From Heptranchias perlo (lineage: Eukaryota), in contig NC_090329.1 in the NCBI RefSeq assembly GCF_035084215.1, forward strand, positions 126,914,001-126,978,000: DNA of 64,000 nucleotides, written 5' to 3'. Numbering within the stretch: the stretch's first letter is position 1; each line of letters opens with the position of its first letter. The position numbers and the translations under genes are program-made. Shown in pieces: positions 54,408-64,000 of this stretch. The notes under the pieces are model-generated. The model was not told the DNA's origin and ran no database searches. It saw only the letters and a list, made by a program, of their open reading frames with translations.

Positions 54408-55605
54408 AGGTGAGGTGAGAGTGACTGCCCTTGACATCAAGGCAGCATTTGACCGAGTGTGGCACCAAGGAGCCCTAGTAAAATTGAAGTCAATGGGAAT
54501 CAAGGGGAAAACTCTCCAGTGGCTGGAGTCATACCTAGCACAAAGGAAGATGGTAGTGGTTGTTGGAGGCCAAGCATCTCAGCCCCAGGGCATTGCTGCA
54601 GGAGTTCCTCAGGGCAGTGTCCTGGGCCCAACCATCTTCAGCTGCTTCATCAATGACCTTCCCTCCATCATAAGGTCAGAAATGGGGATGTTCGCTGATG
54701 ACTGCACAGTGTTCAGTTCCATTCGCAACCCCTCAGATAATGAAGCAGTCCGAGCCCGCATGCAGCAAGACCTGGACAACATCCAGGCTTGGGCTGATAA
54801 GTGGCAAGTAACATTCGCGCCAGATAAGTGCCAGGCAATGACCATCTCCAACAAGAGAGAGTCTAACCACCTCCCCTTGACATTCAACGGCATTACCATC
54901 GCCGAATCCCCCACCATCAACATCCTGGGGGTCACCATTGACCAGAAACTTAACTGGACCAGCCATATAAATACTGTGGCTACGAGAGCAGGTCAGAGGC
55001 TGGGTATTCTGCGGCGAGTGACTCACCTCCTGACTCCCCAAAGCCTTTCCACCATCTACAAGGCACAAGTCAGGAGTGTGATGGAATACTCTCCACTTGC
55101 CTGGATGAGTGCAGCTCCAACAACACTCAAGAAGCTCGACACCATCCAAGATAAAGCAGCCCGCTTGATTGGCACCCCATCCACCACCCTAAACATTCAC
55201 TCCCTTCACCACCGGCGCACTGTGGCTGCAGTGTGCACCATCCACAGGATGCACTGCAGCAACTCGCCAAGGCTTCTTCGACAGCACCTCCCAAACCCAC
55301 GACCTCTACCACCTAGAAGGACAAGGGCAGCAGGCGCATGGGAACAACACCACCTGCACGTTCCCCTCCAAGTCACACACCATCCCGACTTGGAAATATA
55401 TCGCCGTTCCTTCATTGTCGCTGGGTCAAAATCCTGGAACTCCCTTCCTAACAGCACTGTGGGAGAACCGTCACCACACGGACTGCAGCGGTTCAAGAAG
55501 GCGGCTCACCACCACCTTCTCAAGGGCAATTAGGGATGGGCAATAAATGCCGGCCTTGCCAGCGACGCCCACATCCCGTGAACGAATAAAAAAAAAAAAA
55601 AAAAA
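54408..55605 (+). mobile_element. 5'-truncated non-LTR retrotransposon (Jockey/CR1-group RT), open for 372 aa, with poly-A tail
   Basis: ALDIKAAFDRVWHQG, AGVPQGSVLGP, FINDL, MFADDC, ILGVTID, YKAQVRSVMEY; A18 tail at 55588-55605. Exact clade not determined. Confidence 0.93.
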
Positions 55606-55721
55606 GCCCCTGACCGCAGTCTCACACTCTCTTTCTCAGCTTAATACACTTTCTAAAGTTCATAGAACACAGAACGAAAGGTACAATGGGTGTATTAATC
55701 ACAACAGTGTCATTTTGTCTA

Positions 55722-55722
55722 A

Positions 55723-55761
<39 letters not shown>

Positions 55762-55764
55762 GCG
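55722..55764. repeat. (CT)n(CA)n(CG)n compound microsatellite
   Basis: Direct observation. Confidence 0.9.
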
Positions 55765-56150
55765 TGCATGCAAACTCTTTCTTAAAAAAAAAGACACTCT
55801 AAATATAAACTTTAGCCCAGTAAAGCTTTTGAAATTTGCCCTTTTGCTTTTACAGATTATTTGAAGAAAAAGCTAAAGAAAAATATTCCATCAGCACAGC
55901 TGACTGAATGGTACTGATGGAACCCTGGGGAGTTAGATACGCCACACGTGCTCAGACTTTTGAAATCAAAGAAAGCCTCTTTAAGAAGGAAGTGTGGAAG
56001 GGAAGGAAGGAGGGGGCGGAGGGAAACAGACGGAGGGTGAGGGGGCCTGTGGCCTCTTACCACCCCAACCTTGCCCCAGAGTTCCCGATTGCCCTTACCA
56101 CTGCCCCAAACAAAGCCATTGAAGGTGGAAGAGACATGGACTTCCAACGC

Positions 56151-56487
56151 TAGGGGTGTCCATGTCTCCTCAACTCTCCTTGGGATCGTTCTCTAGGCCC
56201 ATTTTGCACCGGCCTGCTGTTCCTCCACCAACCAGTCCCATTTCCAGTCACCCCTAAGTGGGGCGGGGGTGGGGGAGGTGGGGCGACATCATCGAGTCGC
56301 AGGCTTCTCTATGGCGACAGCTGGTGACGTCACAGAGTGGGGAGGGGGAGGGGGAGGGGGAGGGGGGAGCTGCTGTGGCAAGAGATTTAAAGGGTTGTGC
56401 TCTCCCGGGCTGATAGCGGAAGTCCCTGGGAGATTCGTCCCCCATTCCGGGAGACTCCCAGACAATCCGGGAGAGTTAGCAACCCTG
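56151..56487. mobile_element. Possible old MITE ending GAGTTAGCAACCCTG
   Basis: Right end resembles that at 44091-44107; left end TAGGGGTGTCCA is degenerate. Confidence 0.35.
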
Positions 56488-56496
56488 GGAATGTAT

Positions 56497-56897
56497 AAAT
56501 ATCATGAGGACAGGTTGCATAAACCTGCCCTGCATTCCCTTGAGTTTAAACAGGTGAGGAGTGATCCAATCAAGGGGTTCGATAGGGTAGATCGGGAGAA
56601 ACTATTTCCTCTGGCGGGGGAGTCCAGAACAAGGGGATACGATTTTAAAATTAAAGCAAGGCCATTCAGGAGTGAAATCAGGGAGCACTTTTTCAAACAA
56701 AGGATAGTGGAAATCTGGAACTCCCTCCCCCAAAAGGCTGTGGATTCTGGGGGTCAATTGGAGCTTTAAAGACCGAGATTGATAGATTTTGGAGCAAAGG
56801 CGGCTAAATGGCGTTCAGGTACAGATCAGCCATGATCTAACGGAATGGCAGAACATGCTCGAGAGGCTGAATGGCCTCCTCCTGTTCCTGTGCTCCT
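56497..56897 (+). mobile_element. CR1 LINE 3' fragment
   Basis: YHEDRLHK...KGFDRVDREKLFPLAGESRTRG...HFFKQRIVEIWNSLPQKAV, plus tail GGCTGAATGGCCTCCTCCTGTTCCT. Confidence 0.88.
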
Positions 56898-57151
56898 AGT
56901 GCCAAGATTAGAAGGAAAGTGAGCTCTACAACACACGAGGCATGGGCTGCAGCGAGCAGGTTTCTGAGGTTAATTAAACTTTAACTGCTGCTTCGTTGGT
57001 AAGTTTACAGATTGCCAGATGCTTGTTCATTTCCAAAGTCAGGTCAGAAAAAAATAAGCAGCAACTCGCTGTCTTTCTACTCTTTTCATTCTTTTGGCAC
57101 TTCAAAGTATGACATCTGACGCATGATGAACTCAAAACATTTTATATATAA

Positions 57152-57390
57152 AGAGGAGTTCTCCCCGGTGTCCCGGTCAATATTTATCCCTCAACCAACA
57201 CCTAAGAAACAAATTATCTGGTCATTATCACATTGCTGTTTGTGGGATCTTGCTGTGCGCAAATTGGCTGCCGTGTTTTCTACATTGCAACAGTGAGTAC
57301 ACTTCAAAAGTACTTCATTGGTTGTAAAGCGCTTTGGGAAGTCCTGAGGTCGTGAAAGAGGCTATGTAAATATAGGTCTTTCTTATCTTT
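57152..57390 (+). mobile_element. Deu-domain SINE, 3' half
   Basis: Collinear with 3975-4205. Confidence 0.85.
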
Positions 57391-57654
57391 CATTGAATGT
57401 TACAGCACAGAAGGAGCTGGAGATTGCATCATGTGTTTGATTTGAAGTTAATATTATAATACTGAAGCTATTCCTTATGTTTGAGTAGCTTTATTATTGT
57501 GCTATTAAGGTTTATTCGACATGCAACTGCTGAATACAAGGAAGATCAGTAAGTCCAGGGAGGCACTTATTTCCTTGCTCCTGTCAACAGTCATCATTAC
57601 CACCATCTGTCCATTATCATCAGAACTCCAGTGACTGTCCTCCACACCTTAAGA

Positions 57655-58090
57655 ACAAAAGAAAGATCTTGCATTTCTACAGCGCCTTTCACGACCTCAG
57701 GATGTCCCAAAGTGCTTTACATCCAATTAAGTACTTTTGAAGTGTAGCCACTGTTGGAAATGTGGCAGTCAATTTGCGCACAGCAAGATCCCACAAACAG
57801 CAATGTTAGTGAATGACCAGATAATCTGTTTTTAGTGATGTTGGTTGAGGGATAAATACTGGCCAGGACACCGGGGAGAACTCCCCTGCTCTTCTTCGAA
57901 ATAGTGCCATGGGATCTTTTATATTCACCTGAGAGGACAGACGGGGCCTCGGTTTAATGTCTCATCCATAAGACGGCAGCTCCTACAGTGCAGCGCTCCC
58001 TCAGTACTGCACTGGGAGTGTCAGCCTAGATTTTGTGCTCAAGTCTCTGGAGTGGGTCTTGAGCCCATGACCTTCTGACTCAGAGTGCTG
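57655..58090 (-). mobile_element. Deu-domain SINE, near full length
   Basis: Collinear with 43190-43620 and 47422-47785. Confidence 0.87.
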
Positions 58091-58427
58091 CAAATAGTTT
58101 AGGTCTTTTGCCAATGATCCTGATTATTGGGGACAATGCAGCAAGAAATGAGTTAAATATGCAGCAGTTGTGCCGTTATGCAAATCTTCTGTTGGGCAGG
58201 CTATTAACGGGTATTAAAGATTCAGACATTGTTTGCATAGCTATGCAGCTCTCCCAGTAAGGTAGGTGAGTGGTTTACATGCTTAATAGGAGCAATTAGG
58301 CAACAATGTAGTGTGAAAAGCAAAATACTGCAGATGCTGAAAATCAGAAAATGCTGGAGACACTCAGCAAGTGAGGCAGCATCTGTGGAGCGAGAAACAG
58401 AGTTAACGTTTCAGGTCGAAGACCTTA

Positions 58428-61400
58428 GGGTCGATTTTTGGATGGCCGAGCGGGTGCGTTGGGGGCAGGGGGCTCCTAAAATGGCGGAATCCCAGGGTGG
58501 GTTCGGAGCCCGGCTCCAACCCGCTGACTTCCGGGTTCCCCAATGACGCGTGCAGGTGCGCACACAGCTCCCGCATGCGGGACTCTCACCGGCAATTAAA
58601 GCCGCCGGGATGATAATTTACATTGTTATTTAGGTAGTTGAGGTACTTGACAGACATCATTGAGTGGAGATTTTGGCAGGGGTGCAATTTTAAAGGATCC
58701 TCAGCGTGTTTCCCGTGCTGTGGGACACACTCCCTGTTGGAGCAGACGTGTTTCAGCCAGCAGCCAGTGGGAGATGCAAAGGATTATTTGACAGTTGCGG
58801 GGAATACCTCATTTCTTGCATCAGGGCACTCTGTCACTTCAGACAAAGTTTTGGCTGCAACACTTTTGTCTTTCCACTCAAAATCATTAATTTATACCCT
58901 AAACTTTGCTGTGCAAACACATTTACCTACTCTGCGGACCCCCTCAAACTCACACCGTCAGGATGGGGTGGGGGGCGCCATAGCTGCATTCATCACTTCA
59001 TCCGAGGATGAGCAACATCACCAGCCTCGCCAGGCTCGCCATCCACCTCCACCACGTGGAGCTCCACAACACAGTGCTGCGCCACAGGCACCTGCACAAA
59101 GTAGTCGTGTAACTACACATACACCCACTGTAGGGTGACCCAATGGGTGGCATCAAGTGTGGGTGTTCATGGTGAACCTCATGAGAAGGACTTATTACAC
59201 AACCAGTCAAGAATGGTCAAGACGTGGCAGTAGTGGTGACAATAATAATATTTAATGTGCCATTAACAAAAATCAAATATAAATAAAAAACATGACAAAC
59301 TGTCAAACACCCTTGTGCATCCCCTTTGTGCTCACAAAACCTTCGCCTTATGCTTACGTCCACTCCTACGTGGTGCTTCCCCTGTAGCTGCAGCAGAGAT
59401 AGTGGCAGGTTGCTCTTGTTCATGTGCTGACCGATTAGATGCTTTGAGCCTTCGCCCTCTGGGTTTTGGTGCCCGTGAGGGCCCCTCCAAAGACTGCTCC
59501 ACCTGCACCTGTGCAGGGGCAGACTCGACCACCTGGAGAGGAGGCAGCATTGCGGGTACTGGTTGAGATGGGGGCAATGGATGAGATGTGGGAATGCTTT
59601 GAGTGGCGTCCCGTCCCCACTTCCATGTCCCCTTTTGCCATCATCCCTCTCCTGGGTCAGGCCCACATCACTCCTACCACCCTGCTGGATGACAGTTTGG
59701 AGGACATGTGTGAAGCCTTGTAAGGCCAGTGCTAATGTATCTGTCTGCCTGTTTAAGGCGGCAGAAAGTTGCTCACCCTGAGTCTGAACGGCCGTTGTCA
59801 GGGCCTCAGTGGACTCATTGGTGAGCCATGCCTGAAGCTCGATGGAGGCTAACCTTCCCCCCATCGCAGACATTCCCGCACTTACCCGCGACACCAAATT
59901 AGAGATGTCCTCATGTCCCTGTGACAGTATCTCAGAGATTCCCTCCTGTACCTGTGCCACTATTCCACTCATGCAGGAGTTGGACTCCTCCATCCTCTGC
60001 ACGATTGTGGAGAGTGCATGTGGCACCTGTTCCAGCAGCTCGCAAATGTGTTGCTGCCCCTCGATCATTCTCCTTTTAAAGGATGGCCCCCAGGGTTCAG
60101 CATCTGTGTCCAGCTGAGCAGAGCCTGGAGAAGAGTGTTCCCACTGACGCGGACGCTGCCCCTGTCACCAGTGTCTGCTCGTGCTCACGTGTGTGGTGAC
60201 TCACCATGTGCGACCACAACTAACTGAGGACGGGGACCCACCGAGGTGTGTGTATATACGCTGGTGGATGGCTGGCTCAGATGTGACAGTGCCCCCTCAG
60301 AGGCCGGCAGGTCCTCTGAGGAATCGCCCTCCACTGTCACGGTGGTCGCTGAAGGCCCTGTAAGAGAACAGAAGGCAATATTAAGCATGATGACAGATGT
60401 TGAGGTGCTGAAGATGGCAAGGCATGTTAACATCGTTTGCTATTGTGAGTGCTGAATGTTAAAGTTCTGTCACCAGCCGTTTGTCGGGTGGCAGTCTCGG
60501 CGTCCCCGACGAACAGGCACTCGTGGGTGTGGCTCACTTCAAGAGCCTCCTGCTCCACGTCCGTGAGGACGACCTGATGTTGCGGCCCCCCTCTGGTCTT
60601 CACCCTCTCCTGTGCATTCTGAGCTCTCTTCTCCTATAAGGGGAGAAAGTAGAGAGGCGTGAGTGAGGGATGGTGACGTGGCCAACCGCTGAATGGATTG
60701 GTTTGGGTAAGGCCGACCATGAAAGAGATGCATTAGAGGGTGAGCATGAGACAGAGCCATGAGATTGTATGAGGATTGGGTTGAGTGGTAGTGGTGGAAT
60801 GAGTACTGGGGAGATGAGTAAGTGCAGGTAAGTTGAACATGAGGTTTGAGTGGGTGTGAGGAGTGATGTGATAGATTGGTGTTGGCAGTGCAGAAGGAGT
60901 GGGGGCGGTGATGTGGAAGACGGAGTGTAGGAGAATGAGTAAGTGTACTCACTAGTTAGGTCATTGAAGTGCTTCCTGCACTGGATCCATGTGCGGGAGA
61001 CGTTGCTGCTGCTGGTGACCTCCTTTGCCACCTCGAGCCAGGCCTTCTTGGTGGCAGAGACAGGCCACTTCCTCCCGTCCGCTGGGTAGAAAATATCCCT
61101 CCTCCTCCTCACCCCATCCAGTAGGACTTGGACTGAGGCATCGTTAAATCTGGGAGCAGCCTTTCCCTGGTCTGCTCCATGCTGTACTTTTGGTTGGGTT
61201 GCTGCAGGACTAGCATTGGAGGACTGCCCCTTTAAATAGAGCTCCTCCAGCTGACAGCCTGTGATGTGGGCGCGCAGTCTGCCCACTGCACAGGTTGACA
61301 ACGGGAAACCCTGAAGCCACGGCAAGTGCCTTCAATTTACCCGCGATCACGTGGGGAACGGACAGATTTCACTGGGCGGGTTACCCCCCACCCCCAACTG

Positions 61401-61431
61401 CCATTCCACCTCCCTGGTAATATCGGGGTCC
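58428..61431. mobile_element. Second PIF/Harbinger element, deletion derivative lacking the transposase core
   Basis: Interrupts Penelope at GACCTT|TGGTCAGAAC with a short (CTT or TTA/TTT) duplication. Ends GGGTCGATTTT / AATATCGGGGTCC are imperfect inverted repeats. Carries a Myb gene on the minus strand; no DDE motifs are visible. Confidence 0.82.
59332..61180 (-). pseudogene. Harbinger Myb/SANT-like gene, 3 exons, frameshifted
   Basis: Exon 1: KAAPRFNDASVQVLLDGVRRRRDIFYP...AWLEVAKEVTSSSNVSRTWIQCRKHFNDL. Exon 2 after ccttatag: EKRAQNAQERVKTRGGP...LTDVEQEAL. Exon 3 after cttacag, ending ATGEAPRRSGRKHKAKVL. The ATG at 61180 is out of frame with the Myb domain. Confidence 0.87.
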
Positions 61432-62148
61432 TTTGGTCAGAACTGAAGATGTTAAAAGAGTTAAAGTTTTTGAGTAAATACATGAGGGGAGGGAGGGGAG
61501 GAAAGAATAAGAGGGAAGGTCTGTGATAGGGCGGAGGGCACGAGTGATTAAATGACAAAGGGGATGATGGTGCAAGGCAAGGAGAGTGGTATTGGGACAG
61601 GTTAAGAAACAAAAGATTGATCAGGAGTAGCTGTAAATGGCAGCAGCAGAACCATTACCAGCACTAGCTGACTGAAAAAACCAATCCTCATACAATGTCA
61701 TGGCTCTGTCTCATACTGACCCGCTGAAGTTATTAAAATTAATGTTGAGCCCGGAAGGTTGTAAAGTGCCTAAACGAAAGATGAGGTCCTGTTCGTTGAG
61801 CTTCACTGGAACAGCGTAAGAGGCCGAGGACGGAGAGGTCAGAGTAGGAGTGGGAAGGGGAATTAAAATGTTCCGGACTTAACACTGATTTCAATAACTT
61901 CAGATCACAACCACTGCTCCCATTTTTTTCAGTCAGCTAGTGCTGGTTATGGTTCTGTTGCTGCCATTTACAGCTACTCCTGATCAATCTCTTGTTTCTT
62001 AACCTGTCCCATTACCATCTTCCTTGCCTTGCACCATCATCCCTTTTGTCATTTAATCACTCGTGCCCTCCACCCTATCACAGACCTTCCCTTTTGTTCT
62101 TTCCTCCCCTCCCCTCGCTCAAAAACTTTAACTCTTTTAACATCTTCC

Positions 62149-62185
62149 ATTTCTGACGAAAGGTCTTCGACCTGAAACGTTAACT
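62149..62185 (+). ncRNA. Minimal hammerhead ribozyme motif in the Penelope pseudo-LTR
   Basis: CUGACGA (62153-62159), extra A, stem AGGUC-UUC-GACCU, GAAA, then CGUU within the palindrome AACGUU. Stem I AUUU/AACU pairs at 3 of 4 positions. Confidence 0.7.
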
Positions 62186-62512
62186 CTGTTTCTCTCTCCA
62201 CAGAAGCTGCCTCACTTGCTGAGCTTCTCCAGCATTTTCTGTTTTTATTATTATTATTAATGTAGTGTTAAAGGTTTAGTAGCTGGGGTAATACCAGAGC
62301 TCGTGTTTCAGTGTTTTAGGAGGTGAAATCGTGCTCTTTGACACTCAGCGATTCCCATACTAATTTTTCAGGCTCCCACCCCCTTCTCTCCTGTAGTTAT
62401 GGACTCACCGTGGATTGGGCACGGGCTGCCCTCCCTTACCTTGCCCAAGTGGACATACTTCACAGGTCAGACTAGATCTTGCGGTTTTCAACATTTTCTA
62501 CATGGGGGACTC

Positions 62513-63190
62513 CAACAACAACAACAACTTGCATTTATATAGCGCCTTTAACATGGGGAAAGAGCAGGGGAAAAGGACTAATTGGATAGCTCTTTCAAAG
62601 AGCCAGTGCAGGCACGATGGGCCAAATGGCCTTCTCCTGTGCTGTACCTACTATGATACTGTGGACATAGTAAAATATCACAAGGTGCTTCACAGGAGCG
62701 ATTATCAAACAAAATTTGACACCAAGCCACATAAGGAGATATTAGAACCGATGACCAAAAGCTGGGTCAAAGAAGTAGGTTTTAAGGAGCGTCTTAGAGG
62801 AGGAGAGAGAGGTAGAGAGGTGGAGAGGTTTGGGGAGGGAATTCCAGAGCAGAATTTCATCGCTCCACCATTGGCGGCCCAGGCAGCTGAAGGCACGGCC
62901 GCCAATGGTGGAACGATGAAAATCGTGGATGCGCAAGAGGCCAGAATTGGAGGAGTTCAGAGATCTCGGAGGGTTGTAGGGCTGGAGGAGGTTACAGAGA
63001 TAAGGAGGGGCGAGGCCATGGAGGGATTTGAAATCAAGGATGAGCCTATGTAGGTCAGCAAGCACAGGGGAGATGGGGGAACGAGACTTGGTGCGAGTTA
63101 GGATATGGGCAGCAGAGTTTTGGGTGTGCTCAAGTTTATGGAGGGTGGAAGATGGGAGGCCGGCCAGGAGAGCATTGGAATAGTCGAGTC
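62513..63190 (-). mobile_element. L2 LINE 3' fragment
   Basis: (AAC)n tail; RLDYSNALLAGLPSSTLHKLEHTQNSAAHILTRTKSRSPISPVLADLH...SLHGLAPPYL...WNSLP...LLKTYFF. Confidence 0.92.
62555..62664 (+). mobile_element. CR1/HER1-type 3' tail inserted in the L2
   Basis: Absent from the L2 copy at 47830. ACAT duplicated at 62551-62554 and 62665-62668; contains the GATGGGCCAAATGGCCTTCTCCTGTGCTGT tail. Confidence 0.8.
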
Positions 63191-63670
63191 TCCCTGCAAA
63201 TAATGATACATTCTCAGCCACCCCCTGCAAATATTGAAGTACAAGTAATGGCACACTCTTAGGGACTCCCTGTAAATAATGATACACTCCCAGCACCCCA
63301 TGCAAATGCTCATGCACTCCCGGGAAACCCCTCTACAAATTGGCACACTCCTAGAGACTCCCTGCAAATATTGATGTACTCCCGAGTAAACGCCTGTAAA
63401 CACTGTCACACTCCTATCGACTTCTTTCAAATACAGACACACTCGTAGGAACACCCTACAAATACTGGGACACTCCCAGGAAACTCCTGTAAATATTGAT
63501 ACACTCACAGGAACACCCTATAAATACTGGGATACTCCCAGGAAACTCCTGTAAATATTGATACACTCACAGGAACACCCTACAAATACCGGGACACTCC
63601 CAGGAAACCCCTGTAAATATTGATATATTCCCAGGGACCACCTGGAAACAATGGAACACTCCTGGGGACC
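63191..63670. repeat. ~31-bp minisatellite with a 62-bp dimeric higher-order unit
   Basis: CCTGTAAATATTGATACACTC-type units; near-identical 62-bp copies start at 63464, 63526 and 63588. Confidence 0.85.
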
Positions 63671-63751
63671 CAATCCTTTTCTTTGACAGTTCCCTTCACT
63701 GACTCCCCAGGCAAACTTTTCCCTACATTGATCACCCACCATATGGAGTAA

Positions 63752-64000
63752 CTACATAGAATTTCATAGAATGTACAGCACAGAAACAGGCCATTCAGCC
63801 CAACAGGTCTATGCCGGTGTTTATGCTCCACACAAACCTCCTCGATCCCTACTTCATCTAACCTTACCAGCATATATTCCTTTCTCCCTCATGTGTTTAT
63901 CTAGCTTCCCCTTAATGCATCTATGCTATTCGTCTCAACTACTCCTTGTGGTAGCGAATTCCACATTCCAACCATTCTCTGGGTAAAGAAGTTTCTCCTG
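63752..64000 (-). mobile_element. CR1 LINE 3' end (runs off the window)
   Basis: CATAGAAT...ACAGCACAGAAACAGGCCATTCAGCCC; collinear with 48390-48625. Confidence 0.87.

Larger units (their letters stand above)
58315..62258. mobile_element. Penelope-like retroelement insertion: two head-to-head 3'/pseudo-LTR arms, the left arm split by a Harbinger
   Basis: AATGTAGTGT is duplicated at 58305-58314 and 62259-62268. Segments 58315-58426 + 61432-61680 are the reverse complement of 61921-62250. The minus strand at 61722-61870 encodes HFNSPSHSYSDLSVLGL...LIFRLGTLQPSGLNINFNNF (Penelope GIY-YIG C-terminus). The plus arm starts at 61871 with SGLNTDFNNFRS. Confidence 0.88.

Noticed and set aside
54298-55605. 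DNA transposon with 110-bp TIRs carrying an RT, or a DIRS-like element
   Set aside because: The inverted arms are simply the LINE 3' end plus poly-A. There is no transposase, recombinase or RNase H.

Overview
Vertebrate, non-prokaryotic DNA. The retroposon repertoire (Deu-domain SINEs, CR1/HER1-type and L2 LINEs, Penelope, Harbinger) suggests a cartilaginous fish; this is an inference. About two thirds of the window is tandem repeat: a 25/29-bp purine-rich array (1-1855), a ~28.7-kb array of 9-bp variant units with four N blocks (4490-33230), a 30-bp array grading into a 24-bp array (33258-42435) and a G-rich minisatellite (44700-46360). The giant low-complexity ORFs are translations of these arrays, not credible genes. 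The rest is a dense stack of transposons. It includes a four-level nest (L2 > CR1 > Harbinger > CR1), a LINE carrying an inverted copy of its own 3' end, and an inverted-arm Penelope insertion. That insertion has a 10-bp TSD and hammerhead-ribozyme motifs, one of which is split by a second Harbinger. The most unusual signal is that the 9-kb 30/24-bp satellite appears to have expanded from inside a decayed L2 ORF. Two short locally templated inverted insertions are also present. I found no intact host protein-coding gene or novel enzymatic system; there are only weak candidate exons.
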